A program made the translations under genes and the position numbers. Source: Clostridiales bacterium (GTDB lineage Bacteria > Bacillota > Clostridia > Christensenellales > QALW01). From it: a stretch of 64,000 nt of DNA. Positions 1 through 8,495 of this stretch are shown here, in pieces. Location: NCBI GenBank assembly GCA_015069575.1, contig SVIH01000002.1, forward strand, positions 75,508-139,507, read 5' to 3'. How positions within the stretch are numbered: the first letter of the stretch is position 1; every line of letters begins with the position of its first letter. The notes beneath the pieces were generated by a model. That model did no database searches. It was not told where the DNA came from and saw nothing but the letters and a program-made list of their open reading frames with translations.

Positions 1-2
1 CC

Positions 3-695
3 GAAGAAGGTTACCGCTCAAGCGTAAATAAGTTCTTTACAGAAGAAGAATTTAATAAAATTGCTGATTTTGTTGGCGCAAAGAACGGTGATATTATCTT
101 TATCGTTGCAGATAAAAATAATGTTGTGTTTGATGCTTTAGGTCAGCTTCGTCAGGAAATTGCACGCAGATTAAATCTTATTCCAAAAAATTCATTTGAA
201 TTTGTTTGGGTAACAGAGTTCCCACTTTTAGAGTATTCAGAAGAAGAAAACCGCTTCGTTGCAGTACACCATCCCTTTACTTCACCTATGGATGAGGATT
301 TGGCAATTTTAGATACTGATCCCGGAAAAGCAAGGGCAAAGGCTTACGATATTGTATTAAACGGCTACGAATTAGGCGGCGGCAGTATCAGAATTCATTC
401 AAGCGAAATTCAGAACAAAATGTTCAATCTTCTTGGATTTAAAGATGAAGATATTATGGAACGCTTTGGCTTCCTTGTTGAAGCATTTAAGTACGGTGCA
501 CCACCACACGGTGGCTTGGCATTAGGATTTGACCGTCTTGTTATGCTCCTTGCAGGCGCTGATAATATTAAGGACGTTATTGCATTCCCCAAAATGCAAA
601 ACGCTTCTTGTTTACTTACAGGCGCACCTGATGTTGTTGAACAAAAGCAGATGGATGAATTGTTTATTAAATCAACCGCAACCAAACAATTATAG
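3..695 (+). CDS. aspS: aspartate--tRNA ligase, C-terminal portion (5' end lies upstream of the window)
   Basis: Frame 3 is open from nt 3 and runs into ORF 126..695. Translation shows class-II AspRS core strings FVWVTEFPLLEY, AVHHPFTSP, ELGGGSIRIH, GAPPHGGLALGFDRLVMLL, AFPK. Confidence 0.9.
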   Translation, partial: EEGYRSSVNKFFTEEEFNKIADFVGAKNGDIIFIVADKNNVVFDALGQLRQEIARRLNLIPKNSFEFVWVTEFPLLEYSEEENRFVAVHHPFTSPMDEDLAILDTDPGKARAKAYDIVLNGYELGGGSIRIHSSEIQNKMFNLLGFKDEDIMERFGFLVEAFKYGAPPHGGLALGFDRLVMLLAGADNIKDVIAFPKMQNASCLLTGAPDVVEQKQMDELFIKSTATKQL

Positions 696-719
696 CTTAA
701 ACAATCCGATCAACAAGTG

Positions 720-762
720 CAAACAAAAACCGATCAGTGTTTTGCTGGTCGGTTTGTTTGTA
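720..762 (+). terminator. intrinsic terminator after aspS
   Basis: Hand-folded hairpin aaaaccgatcag (726..737) / ctggtcggttt (745..755), loop tgttttg, followed by T-rich gtttgtttgtat. Confidence 0.6.
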
Positions 763-812
763 TAAAACTGCCGTTATCGGCAAGAATATAACAAATAATA
801 GTTTTAAATTTA

Positions 813-841
813 TTGACATTTTGCCGATATTGTGATATACT
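813..841 (+). promoter_or_regulatory. sigma-A-type promoter for the Fic/RM pair
   Basis: TTGACA (813..818), 17-nt spacer, TATACT (836..841), 27 nt upstream of the Fic start codon with GGAGG RBS at 857..861. Confidence 0.5.
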
Positions 842-868
842 AATTGCAGTAAATTTGGAGGTTGCAAT

Positions 869-1777
869 ATGAAATATCTATCCGTTAAAGAGGTTGCTTT
901 AATCTGGAATACATCTGAGCGTAGCGTTCGTAATTATTGTGCTGCCGGTCGTGTCCCAGGGGCTTTTCTTACGGGCAAGACTTGGAATATTCCCGAAAAC
1001 GCGGAGAAACCAGAACGAAGCAATAAAAGCAAGCCTGCACCGCAGACTTTACTTGATATTTTAAAAGAAGAAAAGCGCAGTCAGGTGCACGGGGGAATTT
1101 ATCATAAAATACAGATTGAGCTGACCTACAACTCCAACCATATTGAAGGCAGTCGCCTTACTCACGATCAAACCCGATATATCTTTGAAACAAACACAAT
1201 AGGCATAACTGAGGAGGGTGTGCGTGTTGATGATATTATTGAAACCGCTACCCATTTCCGCTGTATTGATGAGGTTATTGAAAACGCCAAATCACAGCTG
1301 AGCGAGAAATTTATAAAGCACCTGCATTTTATTTTAAAAACAGGAACAAGCGATGCTAAAAAAGATTGGTTTGCCGTTGGCGATTATAAAAAATTGCCTA
1401 ACGAAGTGGGCGGCAAGAAAACAACCTTGCCCGAAAATGTATCAGAAGAAATGAAAAAACTCCTTACTGATTATAACAGTAAAGAGAATGTAACACTCCA
1501 TGATATTATTGAGTTCCACGTGCAGTTTGAACGTATTCACCCGTTCCAAGACGGTAACGGCCGTGTGGGCAGACTTATTATGTTTAAAGAGTGCTTAAAG
1601 CACGGCATTGTTCCCTTTATCATAGAGGACAAAATTAAAATGTTTTATTACCGCGGTCTTAACGAATGGAATCAGGAAAAAGGTTATCTTACCGACACCT
1701 GCCTTTCTGCTCAGGATACGTTTAAAACTTATTTAGATTATTTTAGAATTTCATATAACAACGAAACTAAAGTGTGA
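869..1777 (+). CDS. Fic family protein (AMPylase-type) with N-terminal helix-turn-helix DNA-binding domain
   Basis: Canonical Fic motif HPFQDGNGRVGR (nt 1538..1573). SNHIEG (nt 1133..1150) fits the (S/T)xxxE(G/N) inhibitory-helix motif. N-terminus MKYLSVKEVALIWNTSERSVRNYCAAGRVPGA resembles MerR/excisionase-type HTH. Confidence 0.85.
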   Translation: MKYLSVKEVALIWNTSERSVRNYCAAGRVPGAFLTGKTWNIPENAEKPERSNKSKPAPQTLLDILKEEKRSQVHGGIYHKIQIELTYNSNHIEGSRLTHDQTRYIFETNTIGITEEGVRVDDIIETATHFRCIDEVIENAKSQLSEKFIKHLHFILKTGTSDAKKDWFAVGDYKKLPNEVGGKKTTLPENVSEEMKKLLTDYNSKENVTLHDIIEFHVQFERIHPFQDGNGRVGRLIMFKECLKHGIVPFIIEDKIKMFYYRGLNEWNQEKGYLTDTCLSAQDTFKTYLDYFRISYNNETKV

Positions 1778-1787
1778 GGATTAATTT

Positions 1788-4547
1788 ATGAAAGATACAG
1801 AACGTCGTGCAGCGGCGAAAGCCTTCAGTGAAAATTGGAAAGACAGAGGATATGAAAAGGGCGAAAGCCAACCGTTTTGGCTCTCGCTTCTTCGTGATGT
1901 CTTGGGTGTAGAATCACCTGAAAAATTTATTACTTTTGAGGAACAGGTTCGCCTTGACCATACAAGCTTTATTGACGGTTTTATCCCGACAACTCATGTG
2001 CTTATTGAGCAGAAAGGTCGCAATAAAGATTTGCGTAAGCCCATCAAACAGTCGGACGGCACCTTGCTAACCCCATTCCAACAGGCACAGCGTTATTCTG
2101 CTGTTCTGCCGTATTCGCAGCGTCCCCGTTGGATTATTACCTGTAACTTTGAGGAATTTCTTGTTTATGATATGGAAAAGCCTAACGGCGAGCCGGAACA
2201 AATTTTTGTAAAAGACCTTGCTAAAGAATATTACCGTCTTATGTTTCTTGTGGATATCGGCGATGATAATATCCGTCGCGAGATGGAGGTTTCCATTCAA
2301 GCGGGTAACTTGGTCGGCATACTGTATGATGAAATCTTAAAGCAGTATCACGACCCCGAAAATGAGGAATCTCTTAAAAGCCTTAACAAACTGATTGTCC
2401 GTCTTGTGTTCTGCCTTTATGCAGAGGATGCCGGTATATTCGGTGGACATTCCAAATTCCATAATTATATTAAGTCTTTCTCTGCCCGTGATATGCGAAA
2501 GGCTTTGATTGAGCTGTTCAAAATTCTTGACACAAAACCCGAAGACCGTGATCCGTATGAGGACGAGCAGTTGAGCTCCTTCCCGTATGTAAACGGCGGT
2601 TTGTTTGCAGATGAAAATATTGAAATTCCGCAAATGAATGATGAAATCCGTAATTTACTCCTCCGTAACGCAAGTGAGGACTTTGACTGGAGTGACATCA
2701 GTCCTACAATCTTCGGTGCAGTATTTGAAAGCACCTTAAACCCCGAAACTCGCCGTAGCGGTGGTATGCACTATACCTCTATTGAAAACATACATAAAGT
2801 TATTGACCCGTTGTTCCTGGATGAACTGCGCGAAGAATTGGAAGAAATCAAGGCTATTAAGGTTGCCAAAACAAGAGAAACGAAAATTAATGATTTCCGC
2901 CAAAAACTCGGTAGCCTTACCTTTTTTGATCCGGCTTGCGGTTCAGGTAACTTCTTAACCGAAACCTATATTTCTCTGCGCCGTTTGGAGAACGAAGCTT
3001 TAAAGGAAATATCCAAGGGACAAATTATGCTTGATTTTGGTGATGTTATAAAAGTTTCCATCGGTCAGTTTTATGGTATTGAAATTAACGATTTTGCCGT
3101 AACTGTTGCAAAAACTGCTCTGTGGATAGCTGAAAGCCAAATGATGAAAGAAACAGAGGACATCATTCACCAAAATCTTGAGTTTTTACCGCTTAAATCT
3201 TATGCTAATATCGTGGAAGGCAATGCTTTACGCACCGATTGGGAAACCGTTGTGCCGAAGGATAAATTAAACTACATTATGGGTAATCCACCGTTTGTAG
3301 GCATGAAAGAGCAAACTGACGAAAACAAAAAAGATATGCAGATGGTAGTTCCTTTGAAAAAATTTAAGCAATTAGATTATGTTGCTTGTTGGTATTTCAA
3401 AGCTGCTAAATTCATTGAACAAACTAATATTGAAGTTGCTTTTGTTTCTAGTAATTCTATTGTACAAGGTGAACAAGCTTTAACGATTTGGAAATATTTA
3501 TTTGAAAGCGAAAAAATTGTATTTAATTTTGCTCATACTACTTTTAAGTGGTCGAGTGAATCAAAAAACAGTGCGGCGGTTCATTGTGTAATTATAGGAT
3601 TTTCTAAAATTCCCCATAGTGAAAAATATCTGTTTACTGATACAAAAATGTTAAAATGTCAGAATATCAATCAATATTTAACTCCAGCAGAAAATGTTTT
3701 TATAGAAAAAACAGGCAAACCTATTTGTAAAGTTCAAACAATGACAAAAGGAGCTCAGTTAATAGATGGTGGATATTTTGTGGTTGGTGGACGTAAGGAA
3801 TATGAGGATGTTATTAAACAAGAGCCAAATATATCAAAATTTATTCGTAAATACTATAACGCAAAAGATATGTTAAACAATGGTGAAGATAAATATGTGT
3901 TGTATTTGGAAGAATGTTCACCCCATGAAATTCGAAATAGTCCCTTTATTAAATATAGAGTCCAAAAGGTGTATGAATTTAGAGCAAATAACGAAAGTCC
4001 TTCTACTAATGTTCTAAAAGAAATTCCATCACGATATTTTCAACCACAAGTACCTAAAGGGAAAAGCGTTGTTGTTCCTGTTGTTTCTTCTGCAAATCGT
4101 AAATATATTCCTATATGTTTTATGCCCGAAGGAATGGTTTATACAAATGCTTTGTTTTTTATAGATGAAGCTACAATTTATACCTTTGGCATATTAACTT
4201 CTAATGTTCATAATGCGTGGATGCGCACTGTTTGTGGTAGACTTAAAAGCGACTATCGTTATTCTAATACAATGGCATATAATACATTCCCATGGCCTAC
4301 TCCTACCGACGAGCAGAAAGCGACTATTGAAAAAACTGCTCAAGCAATCCTTGATGCCCGTGCGCTTTATCCCGATTGTTCTCTCGCAGATTTGTACGAT
4401 GAGGTTGCTATGCCACCCGAACTCCGCAAAGCGCATCAGGAAAACGATAAAGCTGTCATGCGCGCCTATGGTTTCTGGGGCAAACTCAATACCGAATCCG
4501 AATGTGTCGCGGAGTTAATGAAGATGTATCAGGAGTTAACTAAATAG
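1788..4547 (+). CDS. MmeI-family type IIL (IIG) restriction-modification enzyme, single-chain nuclease + N6-adenine methyltransferase + specificity domain
   Basis: 919 aa. D63-x10-E74-x-K76 nuclease motif (FIDGFIPTTHVLIEQK), motif I FFDPACGSGNF, motif IV NPPF (nt 3285..3296), and MmeI-like strings AAVHCVIIGF, NTFPWP, MPPELRKAHQENDKAV. Confidence 0.85.
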   Translation: MKDTERRAAAKAFSENWKDRGYEKGESQPFWLSLLRDVLGVESPEKFITFEEQVRLDHTSFIDGFIPTTHVLIEQKGRNKDLRKPIKQSDGTLLTPFQQAQRYSAVLPYSQRPRWIITCNFEEFLVYDMEKPNGEPEQIFVKDLAKEYYRLMFLVDIGDDNIRREMEVSIQAGNLVGILYDEILKQYHDPENEESLKSLNKLIVRLVFCLYAEDAGIFGGHSKFHNYIKSFSARDMRKALIELFKILDTKPEDRDPYEDEQLSSFPYVNGGLFADENIEIPQMNDEIRNLLLRNASEDFDWSDISPTIFGAVFESTLNPETRRSGGMHYTSIENIHKVIDPLFLDELREELEEIKAIKVAKTRETKINDFRQKLGSLTFFDPACGSGNFLTETYISLRRLENEALKEISKGQIMLDFGDVIKVSIGQFYGIEINDFAVTVAKTALWIAESQMMKETEDIIHQNLEFLPLKSYANIVEGNALRTDWETVVPKDKLNYIMGNPPFVGMKEQTDENKKDMQMVVPLKKFKQLDYVACWYFKAAKFIEQTNIEVAFVSSNSIVQGEQALTIWKYLFESEKIVFNFAHTTFKWSSESKNSAAVHCVIIGFSKIPHSEKYLFTDTKMLKCQNINQYLTPAENVFIEKTGKPICKVQTMTKGAQLIDGGYFVVGGRKEYEDVIKQEPNISKFIRKYYNAKDMLNNGEDKYVLYLEECSPHEIRNSPFIKYRVQKVYEFRANNESPSTNVLKEIPSRYFQPQVPKGKSVVVPVVSSANRKYIPICFMPEGMVYTNALFFIDEATIYTFGILTSNVHNAWMRTVCGRLKSDYRYSNTMAYNTFPWPTPTDEQKATIEKTAQAILDARALYPDCSLADLYDEVAMPPELRKAHQENDKAVMRAYGFWGKLNTESECVAELMKMYQELTK

Positions 4548-4566
4548 TTATCTGCAAATGTACAGA

Positions 4567-4600
4567 AAAAATCCGCTTCTATTGAAGCGGATTTTAATTT
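4567..4600. terminator. bidirectional intrinsic terminator between the RM gene and convergent purC
   Basis: Hairpin aaaatccgcttc / gaagcggatttt with loop tatt, A-run upstream and T-run downstream. Confidence 0.7.
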
Positions 4601-4610
4601 TTTTATTAAA

Positions 4611-5309
4611 TTATCTGTTTAAGATAAGCTTTGTAAGTTCAACGGGTTCAACGATCTTATCGCCTTTATAAACACGCATATTACCTGATGCGATTTCGTC
4701 AATTAAGATAACTTCGCCGTTGTTATAACCAAACTCAAACTTAATATCCCAAAGATCTAAACCGATGGTTTTAAGGTCGTCAGCAACGATCTTTGTAATC
4801 TTTAAGGTTTGTTCCTTCATACTTTCAAACATTTCAGGAGTCATAACCTTTAATGCTGCAAGGCCTTCGCCTGTAACAAGTGGATCGCCCTTTTCGTCAT
4901 TCTTAAAAGTACATTCAACGTAACCGCCGTCTAAAACAGTGCCGTCTTTAATGTATTCGCCGTATCTTCTGATAAAGCTGCCTGTTGCAACAAGACGGCA
5001 GATAACTTCAAGGCCGTTACCACCCTGTGCTTTACCAAAGCATTCAGCAGGAAGAACCTCCATAGTAGCATTATCAATATCAGCGTTTACATAGTGAGTT
5101 TTAATGCCTGCCTTTTTAAGCATTTCAAAATAATAAACAGAGGTCTCTAAATTTGCTTTGCCGATGCCTTCAATAGTAAGGCCAACACTGTTTTCACCCG
5201 GATCAAAAACGCCGTCTTTACCGGTGCAGTCATCCTTAAACTTTAAAAGCACATTTCCGTTATCAAGCTGATAAACATCTTTAGTTTTTCCAACATATAA
5301 TTGTTTCAT
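4611..5309 (-). CDS. purC: phosphoribosylaminoimidazole-succinocarboxamide (SAICAR) synthase
   Basis: [27 protein letters not shown]..., typical PurC N-terminus. Start moved to the second ATG (5309), which has GGAGGA 7 nt upstream. Confidence 0.9.
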   Translation of the reverse strand: MKQLYVGKTKDVYQLDNGNVLLKFKDDCTGKDGVFDPGENSVGLTIEGIGKANLETSVYYFEMLKKAGIKTHYVNADIDNATMEVLPAECFGKAQGGNGLEVICRLVATGSFIRRYGEYIKDGTVLDGGYVECTFKNDEKGDPLVTGEGLAALKVMTPEMFESMKEQTLKITKIVADDLKTIGLDLWDIKFEFGYNNGEVILIDEIASGNMRVYKGDKIVEPVELTKLILNR

Positions 5310-5457
5310 AAAAAATCCTCCGTTAAACATAAAATTAACAAAATAAAGTATAACACATTTTTATTATATTATCAAACTATTTTTTGGTATAAAACCAAAA
5401 AATCTGTATATAAAAATGTATAAAGTGTAAATTTATCGTATAAATTAAAGAATTCAT

Positions 5458-5486
5458 TTGACAGAATTTTGATTTTATATGATAAT
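5458..5486 (+). promoter_or_regulatory. sigma-A-type promoter upstream of trxA
   Basis: TTGACA (5458..5463), 17 nt, GATAAT (5481..5486). Confidence 0.45.
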
Positions 5487-5536
5487 CTATCTGCAAATCA
5501 TAAAAAAGCCGTAAGGCGAAATTTTAGGGTGGAAAT

Positions 5537-5854
5537 ATGTCAAATATAAAACATGTTACGGAAAGTACTTTCCGTCAGGAAGTTGAAGCCTCAACTACCC
5601 CTGTATTAGTTGACTTTTATGCCGACTGGTGTGGCCCCTGCAAAATGGTTCAGCATGAACTTGAAGCACTTGCTTCATCAAATGCAAACATCATTATTGC
5701 AAAGGTAAATGTTGATGAAAACAATAACCTTGCTGAAAGATTTGGCATCAGTAACATTCCTTGTATGCTTCTTTTTAAAAATGGTGAAGTGGCAAAAACA
5801 ATTATTGGTTTCAGAACAAAACAACAGCTTGAAACCGCAATTAATCTAGACTAA
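5537..5854 (+). CDS. trxA: thioredoxin
   Basis: 105 aa with WCGPCK active site and thioredoxin-fold length. Confidence 0.9.
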   Translation: MSNIKHVTESTFRQEVEASTTPVLVDFYADWCGPCKMVQHELEALASSNANIIIAKVNVDENNNLAERFGISNIPCMLLFKNGEVAKTIIGFRTKQQLETAINLD

Positions 5855-5879
5855 TACAAAAAAAGAACGGTACGTTTTA

Positions 5880-6794
5880 TTACGTACCGTTCTTTATTTT
5901 TTTGGTAACAGGAATCTGTGCTAAAACAACAGCGATAAACATTATACCGCAACCTAAGTATTCCCTTGATGATAAAACTTCACCTAAAATCAACGCCCCG
6001 AAGATTACTGCAAAAACAGATTCAAGGCTTAATAAAAGGGTCACTACCGTGGGGTTAGAGCCTTTTTGCGCAAGTATCTGCAGGGTATATGCAACCCCTG
6101 AAGAAAACACGCCAACATATAAAACTTGCCAAATGCAACTGTATGTAACTGTTAATGACGGTGTTTCAAAAATAAACGCGCAAATAAAGGAAAATAATGA
6201 AACAAAAAAGAATTGCATAAACGATAAATGCACACCGTTCACCTTGTTGGTAAAATGGTCAATTACTAAGATATGTATTGCAAAAACTACTGCACAACCA
6301 AAGGCGAATAAATCGTGTTTATTTATAAAAAAACCCGTACCTTCTTTAATGCACAAAAAGTACATACCTATTAATGCTAAAACAACGCTTACCCACACGT
6401 TAAACGTGGATTTTTTCTTTAAAAATAGCGCAAACACAGGCACAAGCATTAAATAAAAAACAGTTATAAAACCAACCTTACCGCTTTCTGTTTCTTCTGA
6501 AAAGGCCGCCTGTTGTAAGTTGGAAGCCACAAAAAGCGCGCATCCGCAACAAAGCCCACCAAGTAAAAGATTTCTTAAATACTCTTTATTCGATAACTGA
6601 TTTTTAATATTTTTAAAGCCTTTTGCAAAAAGCAAAGAAACAAAAAACAATACTATAACTGCAACAAACGCCCGCAAAGCATTAAAGGTAAAAGGCTCCA
6701 TACCTTTTTGAGCACAATCTGCCTGCGCTGAAAATGCTAAGCCCCAGATTATTGCCGCAAGCACAGGAAACAGGTTTTGCCTTATTTTATCCAT
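5880..6794 (-). CDS. DMT (EamA-like) family transporter
   Basis: About 10 hydrophobic segments in two similar halves, EamA-like N-terminus LFPVLAAIIWGLAFSAQ. Start taken at internal MDKIRQ (6794). Confidence 0.7.
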   Translation of the reverse strand: MDKIRQNLFPVLAAIIWGLAFSAQADCAQKGMEPFTFNALRAFVAVIVLFFVSLLFAKGFKNIKNQLSNKEYLRNLLLGGLCCGCALFVASNLQQAAFSEETESGKVGFITVFYLMLVPVFALFLKKKSTFNVWVSVVLALIGMYFLCIKEGTGFFINKHDLFAFGCAVVFAIHILVIDHFTNKVNGVHLSFMQFFFVSLFSFICAFIFETPSLTVTYSCIWQVLYVGVFSSGVAYTLQILAQKGSNPTVVTLLLSLESVFAVIFGALILGEVLSSREYLGCGIMFIAVVLAQIPVTKKIKNGT

Positions 6795-6940
6795 AAAAAA
6801 CTTCCTTTTTTTAAAACTACGATACATTTTAACATAAAAACTTATAACAGACAACAGATATTTACAGGGCTTTCATTTGACAAAATATAATATGTAAAAT
6901 ATAATAAATAAAGAAAAATTTTTTATTTGGTGGATAATTT

Positions 6941-8467
6941 ATGCTTAACAAAGAATGGAAACAATTAAAAAACGGATCTGATATTCGCGGTATCGCAATT
7001 AAAAGCGAAAATGGGGATATTAACTTAACTGATGAAGTAGTTTATAAAATTGCTTGTGGCTTTGCTTATTGGCTTCAAAGTGTAGTTAATAAAGAGCCAA
7101 AGGATATAAAGGTTGCAGTTGGTAACGATTCAAGAATTTCTGCACAAAGAATTAAAACACAGGTTATTAACGGTTTAAAAAATGCAGGCTTCACCGTTTA
7201 TGATTGTGGGTTAATCTCAACACCGGCTATGTTTATGACAAATATTGTGCCTGGGTTAAACTGCGATGGTTCAATTCAGATAACTGCAAGCCATTTGCCT
7301 TATGACCGTAACGGTTTAAAATTCTTTACAAAAATGGGCGGTTGCGAAAGTAAGGATATTGAAGCTATCTTGTTAAATGCACAGGAAGATAAAACCTTAC
7401 CTGAAATTCAAGGCAAAATAATTGAGTATGACTTTTTATCTGAATACGCTGATATTTTAGTTCAAAAGGTTCGTTTGGCGGTAAACAGTCAGGAAGATTA
7501 CGAAAAACCCCTTAAAAACTTTAAGGTAGTGGTTGATGCAGGTAACGGCGCAGGTGGTTTTTATGTTGAAAAAGTATTAAAACCTCTTGGAACTGACACT
7601 ACAGGAAGCCAGTTTTTAGAGCCTGACGGAACGTTTCCTAACCATATTCCTAACCCCGAAAATGAAGTGGCTATGAGTTTTATCACAAAAGCAGTGCTTG
7701 ATAATAATGCAGACTTTGGCATTATTTTTGATACTGACGTTGATAGGGCAGGGGCAGTAGATTCCAAAGGCAACGAAATTAACCGTAACAAACTTATTGC
7801 ATTAATTTCTGCAATTTTGTTAGAAGAAAAAACTCCCGCTATTATTGTAACGGATTCAATTACATCAGACGGTTTAAAGAAATTTATCGAAAATCATGGC
7901 GGAATGCATCACCGCTTTAAACGTGGATATAAAAACGTTATTAACGAAGCTATTCGCTTAAATAAGGAAGGCGCATATTGTCCTATTGCCATTGAAACAA
8001 GCGGTCACGCTGCATTAAAAGAAAACTATTTCCTTGATGACGGTGCTTATCTTGTAACCAAACTTTTAATTAAAATGGCACAGTTAAAGGCACAAAATAA
8101 AAAGTTAGAAAATCTTCTTTTAGGCTTGGAAGAACCACTTGAACAAAAAGAAATCCGTATGAACATTTTATTAGATGATTTTAAGCCTTACGGTGAAAGC
8201 ATTATTAAAGCAATAGAAAATTATGCAAATGCAAATGAAAATTGGATATGTGCCCCTGATAATCACGAAGGTATCCGAATTTCATTTAATAAGGAAAACG
8301 GTGACGGTTGGTTTTTATTAAGAATGAGCTTGCATGAGCCTTTAATGCCCCTTAATATTGAAAGCAATATTCAAGGCGGAGTAAAAACCATTTTAAAACA
8401 GCTTTATCCTGTATTAAAAAAATATGAGCAGCTTGATACAACAGGTATTGAAAATTTTATAAAATAA
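6941..8467 (+). CDS. alpha-D-phosphohexomutase family protein (phosphomannomutase/phosphoglucomutase-like)
   Basis: Catalytic-serine loop QITASHLPYDRNGLKF, metal loop FDTDVDRAG, sugar loop ETSGH. Confidence 0.8.
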   Translation: MLNKEWKQLKNGSDIRGIAIKSENGDINLTDEVVYKIACGFAYWLQSVVNKEPKDIKVAVGNDSRISAQRIKTQVINGLKNAGFTVYDCGLISTPAMFMTNIVPGLNCDGSIQITASHLPYDRNGLKFFTKMGGCESKDIEAILLNAQEDKTLPEIQGKIIEYDFLSEYADILVQKVRLAVNSQEDYEKPLKNFKVVVDAGNGAGGFYVEKVLKPLGTDTTGSQFLEPDGTFPNHIPNPENEVAMSFITKAVLDNNADFGIIFDTDVDRAGAVDSKGNEINRNKLIALISAILLEEKTPAIIVTDSITSDGLKKFIENHGGMHHRFKRGYKNVINEAIRLNKEGAYCPIAIETSGHAALKENYFLDDGAYLVTKLLIKMAQLKAQNKKLENLLLGLEEPLEQKEIRMNILLDDFKPYGESIIKAIENYANANENWICAPDNHEGIRISFNKENGDGWFLLRMSLHEPLMPLNIESNIQGGVKTILKQLYPVLKKYEQLDTTGIENFIK

Positions 8468-8495
8468 AAATTCCCCGAATTTTTCGGGGAATTTT
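8467..8495. terminator. bidirectional intrinsic terminator
   Basis: Hairpin aattccccgaa / ttcggggaatt flanked by A-run and T-run, between convergent genes. Confidence 0.7.

Larger units (their letters stand above)
763..4566 (+). mobile_element. GC-rich two-gene accessory insert (Fic + MmeI-family RM) between the aspS and purC terminators; no recombinase visible
   Basis: Own promoter, both genes co-oriented with a 10-nt gap, bounded by terminators of the flanking housekeeping genes. Hand GC count 32/60 at 2041..2100, versus roughly mid-30s percent in neighbouring genes. Confidence 0.4.

Noticed and set aside
410-685. Antisense or alternative-frame ORFs inside well-supported genes. Examples: 410..685(-), 529..765(+), 5902..6456(+), 10407..11075(+), 22098..22568(-), 37922..38440(-), 32091..32396(+), 59275..59511(+).
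   Set aside because: Each lies wholly within a longer ORF that has strong family motifs. They lack RBS-like sequences and have low-complexity or junk-like translations, as is typical of shadow ORFs in AT-rich DNA.
4550-5501. 11-nt direct repeat tatctgcaaat at 4550..4560 and 5491..5501, flanking purC.
   Set aside because: The repeat is short and AT-rich, and it flanks a core biosynthetic gene rather than the foreign insert. I judge it a chance match, though a comparative check would settle it.
5331-5536. Possible purine riboswitch or PurBox upstream of purC.
   Set aside because: I could not find the conserved purine-riboswitch junction sequences or a PurBox-like pair. The region holds only AT-rich DNA, an A/T hairpin and the divergent trxA promoter.
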